Shown: one piece after another, positions 1 to 9,336 of the stretch
How the letters are laid out: the number at the start of each line of letters is the position of its first letter
How positions within the stretch are numbered: the stretch's first letter is position 1
Virus record (IMG/VR): IMGVR_UViG_3300029258_002856
Direction: 5' to 3' (one strand)
Length of the DNA: 64,000 nt
Source of the DNA: a virus
The notes under the pieces: generated by a model
What the model saw: only the letters and a program-made list of their open reading frames with translations
The model's database searches: none
Told to the model about the DNA's origin: nothing
Program-made: the position numbers and the translations under genes

Positions 1-2
1 AG

Positions 3-542
3 AAACCACGCTGCCTGGCGTTCCTGCCCCGCAAGAAACACAAGGACGGTGGCCGGTGCTGCCTGGACCGCGGCCATGACGGGGACCACCGCACCGACGG
101 CGTAGCGGAGTGGGTCACGTTCTCCGACGAACTGGCCGAGTACCACCATCCCAACACCGACGGGGCCAAGGACCGCGTGCTCCAGCTCGAGGAGGAACTC
201 CGTATCGTCAGCGGCGCGCTCACTGCCTGCGGATTCGCCGCGGACGGGGAACTAGCGTCCCACGACAACGCCATCGTGCGCAAGGTCGCCAAGCTGCGCC
301 AACGCTTCGAGGCCATGGAGCTCGCCGCCAACTCCCTCGCCGATGCCGTCAGCGACAACGTGGACTCGTTGCTCAGTGCAGAAGCCGACGACGACCTCAT
401 GGCGTGGGTCATCAGCCGCTGGGACGCCGAAGTCAAGAACCGCCCCACCAAGAACATCTACCGGCGCGTCTTGGATGACGCTCCGCTCGGATGTCGCCGC
501 CAACCACTACGCCCGCAAGTTTCTCGGGGGACTACGAGATGA
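3..542 (+). CDS. hypothetical phage protein (5' partial)
   Basis: Frame of the 177..542 ORF is open to the window edge; C-x-L-x-x-G-H-x-G-x-H motif near the N-terminus; C-terminus may be frameshifted near 478. Confidence 0.65.
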   Translation, partial: KPRCLAFLPRKKHKDGGRCCLDRGHDGDHRTDGVAEWVTFSDELAEYHHPNTDGAKDRVLQLEEELRIVSGALTACGFAADGELASHDNAIVRKVAKLRQRFEAMELAANSLADAVSDNVDSLLSAEADDDLMAWVISRWDAEVKNRPTKNIYRRVLDDAPLGCRRQPLRPQVSRGTTR

Positions 543-1023
543 ATTCTGTCGCATCGAGAGCACGGCGTTCCTGTGCCTCGGCGGCTTGGAAGGGAACATC
601 TGTGTCCGATGGTCGCGCGCCTGGGAGACCTCCGGGTGTGTGGGGCTCGTGGAGCACTGCGGCAATTGTCTCTCTGTGGTAGAGCCCTGGTTCGATTACG
701 GCGTACACTTCCTGCCCGACTACCGGTCACTACGCCCCCGCATCACTCTCGCCTTCAAGGCTCCATGCGTCGTGGAGTCGCTGCTCAGTCGTTCGGTTCC
801 GAAGCTGAATCTGGGCGACGCGGTGCACATTCTTCGGACGGGGGTCTGCCACTGCAAGCTGGAGGACCGGGGTTGCGGGATGCTCAGGGAGCTGGCCGTG
901 AAGGAGGGGCTGCTCGGGGAGTACTCTGCCAGGGCCTACAAGCGGGCCGAGGGCCATGAGTTCGACTCTCTGGAGGAGCAAATAAGTGGGAGGACGTGGG
1001 AGAATGTATTCAATCTGGATTGA
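475..1023 (+). CDS. hypothetical protein (possibly the frameshifted continuation of the upstream CDS)
   Basis: ATG at 475 in the 343..1023 frame; ends just before the non-coding region. Confidence 0.45.
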   Translation: MTLRSDVAANHYARKFLGGLRDEFCRIESTAFLCLGGLEGNICVRWSRAWETSGCVGLVEHCGNCLSVVEPWFDYGVHFLPDYRSLRPRITLAFKAPCVVESLLSRSVPKLNLGDAVHILRTGVCHCKLEDRGCGMLRELAVKEGLLGEYSARAYKRAEGHEFDSLEEQISGRTWENVFNLD

Positions 1024-2146
1024 TATACTGTAAAGTTACAATTCTGGTAGGGGAGTACTTAAATAAGAGGGGGGTGCAGGGAAAGGTGCCGTAAAGGTTC
1101 GGGTTTGGAGCAGAGGTGTTATTACGCGGATAACAATTGCGACAAACTCGGGTCTTCTACGGCACCGGCCCTGGAACCTATCGACTTTATTTCGGTTGTA
1201 AACGAAGTGCGATAGTCTAGGTAGAATAGAGGGCGAAAGAGTAGTCTGTAAAAAGGGGTTTGACGGCGTAAAACGTAAAGTATACAGGTAGTTGGGGTCT
1301 TGATAGGGTTAAGGGTGCGTAACCTTGCGGGTATCTGGAAACCTGAGAAAGTAGGGGTAGTTGGGAGAACGCCCGGACGTTTTCGGCGGCCGGTTAAACA
1401 CCCCTAACAGGGGTTAGAGGTGGTATAAAAGGGGTTGAAATAGAGTGTGGAAGTTTGCAGTTTTGGATTGGTTGACTATATTTTATTGTTCAATAGTTTA
1501 AAAGGTTTAGAAGAGTATCGGGCTTGTATAAGTTTCCTACCCTTCCTTAAACCTACTATTCTTATTAAGATAAATAATATAATAGGACACCTGTGCAAGT
1601 GAAATTTGTTTTATTTCGTGGACCGTAATTAGCCGTAATTGCTCATGTGGGTATATGTAAGGATCGGGCATGCGATGTAAGTATTGAATCGGGGTGTGAA
1701 GAGTAGGTGGTTTTTTGGGTGCAAGAGGGGGGCTAAAGACCCTTGATTAGACTCCATCTTCATCTACGGAATGTAGAGAAGCTCAATGAAAACCTGCGGT
1801 TAGCCGTTTTGAGATATATAGTTCGTATTTAATGCAAGGGCACGATATACCTGGTCGAAAGGCCGGTGCTGTTAGGGTATAAGTTACAGCAATGATTGAG
1901 GAAACTGTTCAAGCAGCATACCTCATACGTTTTCTTCTCGGTGAGGCTCTAAGGTGCCGAGAACATTGGCCGATGGGCCGGTGACGATGCGTTGCACCGC
2001 AGTTGCCGCCTCTACGGTGAGATTTCGGACCTTGTATGTTCTTAGTAAATGGAGTATAGTACTGGGCACTTACGTTTACGCAGACCTTGAGAGTAGTGGT
2101 TTCGGACGTTCCGCATCGGGTTTCGGTGCAACAAGTGAGGGTGGCG
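1024..2146. other. long non-coding AT-rich, G-skewed region (origin/terminus/control region candidate)
   Basis: No credible ORF; AT-rich core ~1470-1620; short repeats TAAAAGGGGTT (x2) and CCGTAATT (x2). Confidence 0.5.
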
Positions 2147-4054
2147 ATGCACAATGTTACGGTAAAATTACGGCTAGCTCCGAATACCCTGGACGAGCTG
2201 GTCCTCAGCAACTGGAAGCCGCTCGTCAGGTCGGCCGCCACAGAGATTCTGAACACAATGACGCGCTACAGGAGGAAGAAGCAGTACGCCCCGACCATAG
2301 AGCAGGTACCCGAGGGCCGGTTGTTCGACGCGCTGTCAGCGCACGGCTATCTCATCATCGGCCAGTGGCAATATCCGAACATGCTCCGTGAGGACCAGGA
2401 ACAGGCGGTCCTTCTGCATTGGCCTTCCATGGCCAGGCTCTTCCCCTTCTACATGCACGCTGGTCCGGGCTACGAAGCACTGGCCTATGTCTTCTGGGGA
2501 ATGGCGGACATCATCAAGCGTAGGTCTCCTCTCCTGCACGAGCTTTTACACCGTAAATTCGTACACGGCTTCTCTACTTCTTGGGAGCCGGATGAACACC
2601 AAACAGCGGTCGACTGGACGGGAGTGCCTCCGCTCACAGAATACGAGGAGTCTCTTCTCGCTAAGCTTCAGGCTAATGCCCGTAGGGATGAGGAGTTGTG
2701 GAAAGCCTTCAGTTCTGTCTTCATGCGCACGCTGGGAGCCTGTACGAAAGCTACCCCTCTCCTACGGCAGCAGTTCTATCACCGGGTGAAGAAGGAGCAT
2801 CGCCACGAGTTCAGCTTCTTTCGTATCGGCAAGTACCGCAAGATGCGCAGTTACACGGCGACGGCTCCTCGGGTGGACAAGTTGTCGGAGCGGCTCTTCG
2901 CTGCCAGCAAGGTCGGCCCTGAGCTCCGGGAGTTGATGGTCATGCGGCACCTCCCCCGGGACGAACAGGGAGAGACGGGCCTTCGGCTCGATGACGTGGT
3001 GTATCCGGAGCGGCAGATGCGTGTGGTCAACATGGCGCGCTACTCGACCTTCAGAACTCGAGCCGGAGCGGACTTGTACGAGAAGCTGGTGCGCCAGCTC
3101 GGAGAGCGCAGCAGCCTGGAGCTGGTCGGTAATCACGCAGCAGAGTTCGTGCACCACTTCGAGTCTCGCTACCCTGAGTTGAAGCTTCCTCCCGGTGCTT
3201 ACGGGGAGTACGCTGAATTCATCGAGGAGCATTGGCCTGGAACCCGGACCTACGACCACTTCCTCTTCTTCCCGGCCAATGTTCTCCCCAAGCGATTGGC
3301 GTGGACCCGGCGCATGGAGAAGGTGCGCAAGAGCGGCGGCACCAAGACCATCAGCATGCCCCGCACCAAGCCTGCGCCCAAAGAGGTCTACATGCCCAGT
3401 CCTCCCATCGCTGAAGCGGAGGGAGAAGTCTTCGACATCTACGCTATCCGGCTGCGCACACGCGTTCTGTTTCGTGTCCCCTGGCTCGTTTCCCCGAAGG
3501 TAGGTTGCAAGCACGTGGGAGATGACGGCGATGTCGTCACCGACAACCCCATCCCAGCTAAAGGAGTGCACGTCCACATCGAGACAGGACGTTGGTACTA
3601 CCCGTATCACATCCTCTACAGCGATACGAAAAGCCCGCTGCGCTCTCTCCCGGCTTTGGACAGTTGGCTCAAGGCTCACAAGAGCTTGACGCGCGCACAG
3701 TTCAATCAGCTCCGCAAACGCGTGAAGAACGAGCGTGTCAACCCGCAGGAACGGATTGATGCCCACCGTGAGAAAGGCACGCTGCGTGGTATGAGATATA
3801 AGGATGAAGAGGACGACGTGATTCGTCGTCTTTATCGTCCTCACATGTCCGACAAGGACAAGGCCACAATCATGCAGACGTGCATGGGTCGGGATTGGAA
3901 CAACATTCAGCGTAGGGCCGCGGTGCTCTGCGACAAGCTACTCGAGCAGGGCATCTACGACCTTCGTCAGTTGCCCCATCGCAACTACAACGCTACTTTA
4001 CGCCGTAAGGTGGAGAAGGCGATGAGAAAGGCGAAGAAAGATGCGCGTGGATAG
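2147..4054 (+). CDS. large hypothetical protein with possible C-terminal Myb/HTH-like DNA-binding region
   Basis: 635-codon ORF, ATG 2147 after GAGG; C-terminal YKDEEDDVIRRLY...GRDWNNIQRRA resembles a Myb-like repeat. Confidence 0.6.
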   Translation: MHNVTVKLRLAPNTLDELVLSNWKPLVRSAATEILNTMTRYRRKKQYAPTIEQVPEGRLFDALSAHGYLIIGQWQYPNMLREDQEQAVLLHWPSMARLFPFYMHAGPGYEALAYVFWGMADIIKRRSPLLHELLHRKFVHGFSTSWEPDEHQTAVDWTGVPPLTEYEESLLAKLQANARRDEELWKAFSSVFMRTLGACTKATPLLRQQFYHRVKKEHRHEFSFFRIGKYRKMRSYTATAPRVDKLSERLFAASKVGPELRELMVMRHLPRDEQGETGLRLDDVVYPERQMRVVNMARYSTFRTRAGADLYEKLVRQLGERSSLELVGNHAAEFVHHFESRYPELKLPPGAYGEYAEFIEEHWPGTRTYDHFLFFPANVLPKRLAWTRRMEKVRKSGGTKTISMPRTKPAPKEVYMPSPPIAEAEGEVFDIYAIRLRTRVLFRVPWLVSPKVGCKHVGDDGDVVTDNPIPAKGVHVHIETGRWYYPYHILYSDTKSPLRSLPALDSWLKAHKSLTRAQFNQLRKRVKNERVNPQERIDAHREKGTLRGMRYKDEEDDVIRRLYRPHMSDKDKATIMQTCMGRDWNNIQRRAAVLCDKLLEQGIYDLRQLPHRNYNATLRRKVEKAMRKAKKDARG

Positions 4055-4694
4055 GATCGGCGCGGACAGTGACGCCACTGTGTATTTCGACCCGCGAGAG
4101 GATTCGTTTCTCATCCGGGTTGCTCTGTGCGTGGATGACCTTTGGGGGTACGTAGAGCAGCACGCTGTTGGGCTGGACCCTTGGTTAGTGCTCGCTACTG
4201 ACGGGTGGAGGACGGTTACTCTCCCCTTTGCGGCGTTGGAGCAGAGCATCATTATCGAGATACACGATGTGCCGAAAACTTTCGTAAAGGAGATTCTCTT
4301 TCCATATGCCATGGAATGTGGCGCAAAGCACGGCGTAACTATTCACCGAGTGTGTGGTTGGTTTCGAACGCATCCCTCTGCCGGAGTGTTACAGAACCCG
4401 GAGTGGAACGGGATGGTGGACAGCGCTATCACCGAGCCGTTACGTTGTGCGATTCTGAGCATTGCTCTTCCGGAATCGGACCTCAACAACCTCATAATGT
4501 TGCTGCAAATGATGCCTGCGGTAAAGCCGTCCTTATTTCTCGCGGGGCATGGGGCGTGTGGGGGTAAACGCAAGATTGTACCGGAGTATGTGACGGAGCT
4601 GGCACGAATGATGCGCAGCGCGGGCATGCGCGCACCGCATGAAGTGGATGATTTATTCCGGCGGCTGCGCCGGGAGGATGAAAAAGATGGCTGA
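4041..4694 (+). CDS. hypothetical protein
   Basis: ORF overlapping the upstream stop; coupled array. Confidence 0.75.
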   Translation: MRVDRIGADSDATVYFDPREDSFLIRVALCVDDLWGYVEQHAVGLDPWLVLATDGWRTVTLPFAALEQSIIIEIHDVPKTFVKEILFPYAMECGAKHGVTIHRVCGWFRTHPSAGVLQNPEWNGMVDSAITEPLRCAILSIALPESDLNNLIMLLQMMPAVKPSLFLAGHGACGGKRKIVPEYVTELARMMRSAGMRAPHEVDDLFRRLRREDEKDG

Positions 4695-5250
4695 CGACTA
4701 CGACGAAATAGACCGAATGCTCGCTAAGGTGGATAAGAAGCGAAAAGACTTTATGCACAATGTGGACTACACCGCTGACCGAGCTGCTCACGATGTGCAC
4801 CGGCAAAAGTTCCGGGTTGCTATCGATGCAGTGAACGAGTTGGTTACGTGTCTCCAGGAGCGGGGGCTCGATACCTACGCCGTCATGTGGTGGACAACGC
4901 GGGAGTATCGGGATGAAGACCTGGTGTTCTTCCGGGTTGATGAGTTTGACCAGGACATGGTGCATGACCTCTTGGAGACTGCACTCGAAGGGATAGCAGA
5001 CAAGCATGAGTTGAAAATCTATCCGTGGGACCATCCCCGGATGGAAGGGAACTATATCTTCATCGCTGAAATACCCAAAGGGTTGGCCCAAGCCTTCATG
5101 CCTATAGGCTCCGAGAAGTCCAATGAGTTTGATGTATCCAAAGTAGGTGCGTTCACGTTGGTTCGGATACTCTCCAATGGGATGCCGATGGGCCAGGTGT
5201 CCTACGACAAGAAGATGAGAAATCCTCAATACGAGAAAGTAGGTGTGTGA
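4687..5250 (+). CDS. hypothetical protein (weak EKG-family member, LQERG)
   Basis: ATG 4687 overlapping upstream stop. Confidence 0.8.
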   Translation: MADDYDEIDRMLAKVDKKRKDFMHNVDYTADRAAHDVHRQKFRVAIDAVNELVTCLQERGLDTYAVMWWTTREYRDEDLVFFRVDEFDQDMVHDLLETALEGIADKHELKIYPWDHPRMEGNYIFIAEIPKGLAQAFMPIGSEKSNEFDVSKVGAFTLVRILSNGMPMGQVSYDKKMRNPQYEKVGV

Positions 5251-5855
5251 TGGAGATTGAACTGAGGACGTCGGAGGATGTGGAGCTGTTGCAGGAGGGG
5301 GTCATCGAGTCCGATATTGCTGAGGTTAAAGTGTGTATCCCGGGGAGCCGTCGTCCGCTTATGCGTTTGGTGTTTGACGACGATAACGCGCCGCACATCA
5401 TTGTGAACATCCACTCACTCTACCATCTCATTCCGTCGAAGAAGACGGAGATGAACGTGACAGATGAGACGGTGATGGCGCTTCATCGGGACGTGCGCAT
5501 GTCACAGCTGGCCGATGCGCTCACATCGAAGGAGATGTACCGGGAAGAAGCGCTCGTAGCTAACCGCGTGCTCAAATCGTTGGGCATCAAGATGGCTCCG
5601 CACCAAACACGCCGCTTTCAAATCTACACTACCCCTCCCGGGGAAGAGCGCGGACCGATGGGATGGTACGGCGTGCACGTTTCGGAGATTGTCACGGGCC
5701 AACGTTTCCGTATGTTCGAGACGGATGGAGAACCGGTGCGAGATGACAAAGGGCGTACGGACTCTATCGCGCAGTCGGATGCGTATCTCCAGGCCTCTGA
5801 GAAAGGGCATGTGTGGACCGTGGAGAGCAAGGCGTGTGACGAGGATTTGCCGTGA
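5247..5855 (+). CDS. hypothetical protein
   Basis: GTGA/ATG coupling with the upstream gene. Confidence 0.8.
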   Translation: MMEIELRTSEDVELLQEGVIESDIAEVKVCIPGSRRPLMRLVFDDDNAPHIIVNIHSLYHLIPSKKTEMNVTDETVMALHRDVRMSQLADALTSKEMYREEALVANRVLKSLGIKMAPHQTRRFQIYTTPPGEERGPMGWYGVHVSEIVTGQRFRMFETDGEPVRDDKGRTDSIAQSDAYLQASEKGHVWTVESKACDEDLP

Positions 5856-6229
5856 TAAATGACGAACCCCGCCGACTTGTGGAGGACTATCTTACCGAGA
5901 AGGGTGTTACGGCGTGGACACGGGAGATTGGTCCCACGGTTAAGCTATTAAGGGACGAGCGTATACAGTTCAGAAACTGCGGTCTTCACATCGAGATAGA
6001 GCAGCCGCTCGGGAAGATGGAGGAAGTCATCCTCGACCACTTTCGCTGGCTGTGTCAGCGTCAGAGTTGGGAGATGCATTTAATCGGGCGTAGGCGTGTT
6101 CGGATGAAAGACATCTACTGCGGGGACCTAAAACGTACCGTCTCGGACTGGGACCACACCGTCCTCGAAGTCGAACTGCTGTGGGTAACTCCCGAGGAAC
6201 AACGCAATGAAGTCTACCGATTCTCTTAG
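5852..6229 (+). CDS. hypothetical protein, EKG paralog family
   Basis: YLTEKG motif; strong similarity to 6207..6539 (PLG-M-x-EV...F-x-WL). Confidence 0.8.
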   Translation: MINDEPRRLVEDYLTEKGVTAWTREIGPTVKLLRDERIQFRNCGLHIEIEQPLGKMEEVILDHFRWLCQRQSWEMHLIGRRRVRMKDIYCGDLKRTVSDWDHTVLEVELLWVTPEEQRNEVYRFS

Positions 6230-6539
6230 AATGCTAGCGGCCTACGTCAATGAGAAAGGCGTTGAGGCGTGGTTCGAGCGGTTGGGAGCAACGTACGTGC
6301 CCGCAGTTTACAACGAAGACCTGACGGGGGACGCTTGGGGGGTGGACGTTTACGTCGCTCGGCCGCTGGGCGCGATGGCAGAAGTGCTCATTGACTACTT
6401 CGAGTGGTTGGCGGGGGAGCAGGGATGGACGTTCAAGATTCTGGCGCATCGCCGAGACGTACTATACCGGGGAACACGCCGCCTAGCCCTTGTGGTGCGA
6501 TTCCTCTGGTTGGATAGACAGGGTGAGCCATGTCACTAA
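6207..6539 (+). CDS. hypothetical protein, EKG paralog family
   Basis: YVNEKG motif; tandem paralog of 5852..6229. Confidence 0.8.
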   Translation: MKSTDSLRMLAAYVNEKGVEAWFERLGATYVPAVYNEDLTGDAWGVDVYVARPLGAMAEVLIDYFEWLAGEQGWTFKILAHRRDVLYRGTRRLALVVRFLWLDRQGEPCH

Positions 6540-6919
6540 GACTTATCAACACCGGACTCACAGAAGAAATAGCTCGGTACCTTGAAGAGAAGGGTCTCGA
6601 GTACGTGGTCGAACCAATCGGCATTCCGCGGTTCGTCGGACCGATTGGACAGAACGTTTCGTGGGTCGGGGCCAAAGTACGCGTGCTCGACCCTCCTCCC
6701 GAGGCGCTGGCGCTCGTTATTCCTTGGTTTCGACAGCTGGCGTCTGACCGAGGGATGGAGTGCAAGTTCCTGGGCAAAAGGCCGTGTGCGCGGTTCGACG
6801 TAACGCAGCCTACAGAAAGCATTGTGTCTTATGTCTTCGAAATCGAACGACGACATGACGATTCTGCAAACGCAGATGTTCATCAACAACCTGGCGAAAA
6901 CAATCCCGGAGGCGGATAG
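6530..6919 (+). CDS. hypothetical protein, EKG paralog family
   Basis: YLEEKG motif. Confidence 0.8.
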   Translation: MSLRLINTGLTEEIARYLEEKGLEYVVEPIGIPRFVGPIGQNVSWVGAKVRVLDPPPEALALVIPWFRQLASDRGMECKFLGKRPCARFDVTQPTESIVSYVFEIERRHDDSANADVHQQPGENNPGGG

Positions 6920-7469
6920 AATGGTCCCGCCGACGAACAACAACGAGGCGGTGTTCCTCCCGGCCCCCATTGCTGAGTCATATTTCAAGTTTTGGAATCG
7001 CGTGGAAGACCACATTAATGCGTACCCGGGGTTTGTTGATGAGCGTAAGGAATTGCATTACAGCTACTGCCGTGCGCACATCGTTCCAGACTGGACAAAG
7101 CGCGAAGAAACGATTGCTCGGGGGGTGCTCACGGTCTCGGGTATCTGCGGTTGTTTGAACTCGATGATGGTTCTCCTCGACGAGAAGTGCGTGGACTATT
7201 ACTGCTACGCGCATTCCATGTGGACAGCACACATGGTCATTTGGGACTTGCCCGCAGAGGTGCTTCTCGAGATTATCTACCCGGGTCTCGTTGACGTTCT
7301 GCATGACTACCAAAAGCGCTGTGCGTCGTGGATACGTTTGGGATTCAACGACGCGTACGAAACCGACCCCGGGCTCTTCGTCACTCGGGTTACCATAACC
7401 ATGGGCTCCATGGATGAATCACTCGTGGAGCAGGAGCCGGACATCATCTGGTTCAAGGAGGAAGAATGA
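6855..7469 (+). CDS. hypothetical protein (weak EKG-family member, LLDEKC)
   Basis: ORF in coupled array. Confidence 0.75.
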   Translation: MTILQTQMFINNLAKTIPEADRMVPPTNNNEAVFLPAPIAESYFKFWNRVEDHINAYPGFVDERKELHYSYCRAHIVPDWTKREETIARGVLTVSGICGCLNSMMVLLDEKCVDYYCYAHSMWTAHMVIWDLPAEVLLEIIYPGLVDVLHDYQKRCASWIRLGFNDAYETDPGLFVTRVTITMGSMDESLVEQEPDIIWFKEEE

Positions 7470-7996
7470 TTATCTTCGATGTAGAAACCTCTGGGCTCGT
7501 CCCGGGCCAACACCAACTCCTCAGCATCGGCGCAGTGCTCTTCGAAGGCTCCGCGGAGTTCTACCAGGAGGCTTGTGTCCCGGAAGAGTTTCGCACGGAG
7601 GAGCACATCAATGCGGAAGCCCTTGAGTACAACGGCTTCGCGATGCAGGACATCACCGACCCCGACAAGCCCTCGCCACAGACGATGGCGCACAACTTCG
7701 TTCAGTGGTGCCGGGAGCTGGGCATCCACGGGAAGTCCCTCCACCTTGGAGGCTGGAACGTTCATTTCGACATCAACTTTCTGAAAGCCAATCTCCATGA
7801 CGAAACCAATTGGCCCTTCGGCTATCGCTACATGGACGTCGGTGCGTTGGCGTGGGCGTTCCACGGGGCACCTATTGGGTCCAGCAAGATTGCTGACCGA
7901 TTGCTCATCCCCCGAGAGCCCATGCCCCACACGGCCTTGAACGGAGCGAAGCAAGCGCGCAAAGTGCTCTACGCTCTGATGGCGAGGTTGAGGTGA
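7466..7996 (+). CDS. DEDDh-family 3'-5' exonuclease
   Basis: IIFDVETSGL (ExoI), NVHFDINFL (ExoII), PHTALNGA (ExoIII with atypical last acidic position). Confidence 0.8.
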   Translation: MIIFDVETSGLVPGQHQLLSIGAVLFEGSAEFYQEACVPEEFRTEEHINAEALEYNGFAMQDITDPDKPSPQTMAHNFVQWCRELGIHGKSLHLGGWNVHFDINFLKANLHDETNWPFGYRYMDVGALAWAFHGAPIGSSKIADRLLIPREPMPHTALNGAKQARKVLYALMARLR

Positions 7997-8328
7997 TAGA
8001 GTGGACTGATTGGGATGCCCGCAAGGCACAGGCGATAGCAACGGCGGGGCTCCATCTTGGCTACGTACGAGTTGAACGCATCAATCGATTTCTGGGGGAA
8101 CTGCGCATGTACCTGGAAGAGAAGATGTTGTTGCGGGACTGTGAATTCCGGATTTCTGCGTCCAGTAAAGAGGGGAGGCTTGCGTTCACTTTCACGTTCT
8201 ATTCTCTTCCTCGTGCGTTAGCCAAGCTTGTTGTGGCGGAGTTCCGGCACTTAACTCAGAAGTACGAAACTGTTGGAAAGTGTTCCCTTGGTCCGCCGCT
8301 CGTCTGCACGGCCGAATACTTTTACTAA
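7993..8328 (+). CDS. hypothetical protein, EKG paralog family
   Basis: YLEEKM motif; ends at terminator. Confidence 0.75.
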   Translation: MIEWTDWDARKAQAIATAGLHLGYVRVERINRFLGELRMYLEEKMLLRDCEFRISASSKEGRLAFTFTFYSLPRALAKLVVAEFRHLTQKYETVGKCSLGPPLVCTAEYFY

Positions 8329-8329
8329 C

Positions 8330-8357
8330 AAGAACGCCACCTTCGCGCGTTCTTTTT
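8330..8357 (+). terminator. intrinsic terminator
   Basis: AAGAACGC/GCGTTCTT stem followed by T-tract right after TAA 8328. Confidence 0.75.
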
Positions 8358-8365
8358 GGTATCAG
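8357..8365 (+). promoter_or_regulatory. TGGTATCAG putative promoter element
   Basis: Recurrent intergenic motif (also 14516, 18883, 21174, 21624, 30802, and 52602 on the - strand), usually upstream of an SD. Confidence 0.55.
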
Positions 8366-8387
8366 AGCGCAAACAAGGAGGTGTGCT

Positions 8388-8609
8388 ATCGGCCGTAAAA
8401 TCAAAAAGAAGAGCGGGGTGTGTGCCGTCTGCGGTACCCGCATAATCGAGAAGCTGCTCAAATCTGTTCAGGGAATCACTCTGAACGGTAAACCGGTTTT
8501 GGCGTGCTTCCAATGCCGGAGCACCAGCGATGAGAAACATGCAGAAATCTTCAGCCGCGAGTTCCGTGAGTTTTACGGCGTAGAACTCGCAGAGGTGTGG
8601 GGAGTGTGA
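8388..8609 (+). CDS. small zinc-finger-like protein (probable ATC start)
   Basis: AGGAGG 8376-8381 six nt before in-frame ATC; CAVC...CFQC. Confidence 0.65.
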   Translation: MGRKIKKKSGVCAVCGTRIIEKLLKSVQGITLNGKPVLACFQCRSTSDEKHAEIFSREFREFYGVELAEVWGV

Positions 8610-8809
8610 TGAAAATTATTGCGTGGCTGGAGCTGGATGTTCCAGGTTACCCGTATCGTATGGAGCGGGAGTTAACAATCCCGGATGAGGCTCTTGTGGG
8701 CGTAGCAGGCGGAGATATTAGCGTGGCCATTGACCGCCGGGTACGGAAACTCGTGCAGGACTACGTTAAAACCGGTTGGAAAGTAGTCGAGGAGTACCTC
8801 AATGGTTGA
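8609..8809 (+). CDS. hypothetical protein
   Basis: Coupled short ORF. Confidence 0.7.
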   Translation: MKIIAWLELDVPGYPYRMERELTIPDEALVGVAGGDISVAIDRRVRKLVQDYVKTGWKVVEEYLNG

Positions 8810-9083
8810 AGAAGTAACCATAACGCGTTATCGCTGTGAGTGCTGCCGAAAAGTTTGGGATACCAAGATTGACGCAGAACTTTGCTGCGCTGCACCCAAG
8901 ATGCTCCCCGATGAGCACCAGGACATTAACTCTCTCCGCGATTTTGCGCAGCAGCACATCGACACTATTGTCGAGGGCGGTAGCACCAAGGACGAAGAGC
9001 ACTACGCGTACGAAGTCTTGATGATAGCTTTTTTCGGGAAGAATATCTTCCAGTGGATAAACAAACATCGGGAGGATTACTGA
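8802..9083 (+). CDS. hypothetical Cys-rich protein
   Basis: CECC...CC motif; coupled ORF. Confidence 0.75.
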   Translation: MVEEVTITRYRCECCRKVWDTKIDAELCCAAPKMLPDEHQDINSLRDFAQQHIDTIVEGGSTKDEEHYAYEVLMIAFFGKNIFQWINKHREDY

Positions 9084-9084
9084 G

Positions 9085-9336
9085 ATGCCCCGTTTCTGGA
9101 GATACACATTCTTCGCCGTTGAGGGGTTGCTGTTCGGTTGGATGACCGCAGCGCTCTTCGTGTGGCTTGCGCTAGGTGTGCGCGCGTGCCTGTGGGCGTT
9201 CTTGGGTAGCCTCTTCGGATTCATCCTGGCCGGGAACCAGCTGGCTATATTGGCGGGAAAAGAGAGTCGCAGTGAGCGTTGGCGCGAAGAACTCACAAAA
9301 GAAGAAGTGCTCGACTACGAGTTTGAGGAGGAGTGA
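9085..9336 (+). CDS. small membrane protein
   Basis: Two hydrophobic segments; coupled ORF. Confidence 0.7.
   Translation: MPRFWRYTFFAVEGLLFGWMTAALFVWLALGVRACLWAFLGSLFGFILAGNQLAILAGKESRSERWREELTKEEVLDYEFEEE

Noticed and set aside
1126-1138. GCGGATAACAATT, identical to half of the lac operator
   Set aside because: Flanks do not continue lacO or vector sequence (no TGTGA upstream, no TCACACAGG downstream); treated as a chance match
2762-3844. Long antisense ORFs (also 27052..28074, 57371..58606, 60381..61334)
   Set aside because: They shadow well-supported + strand genes, lack SDs and motifs, and are expected from codon bias in GC-rich DNA
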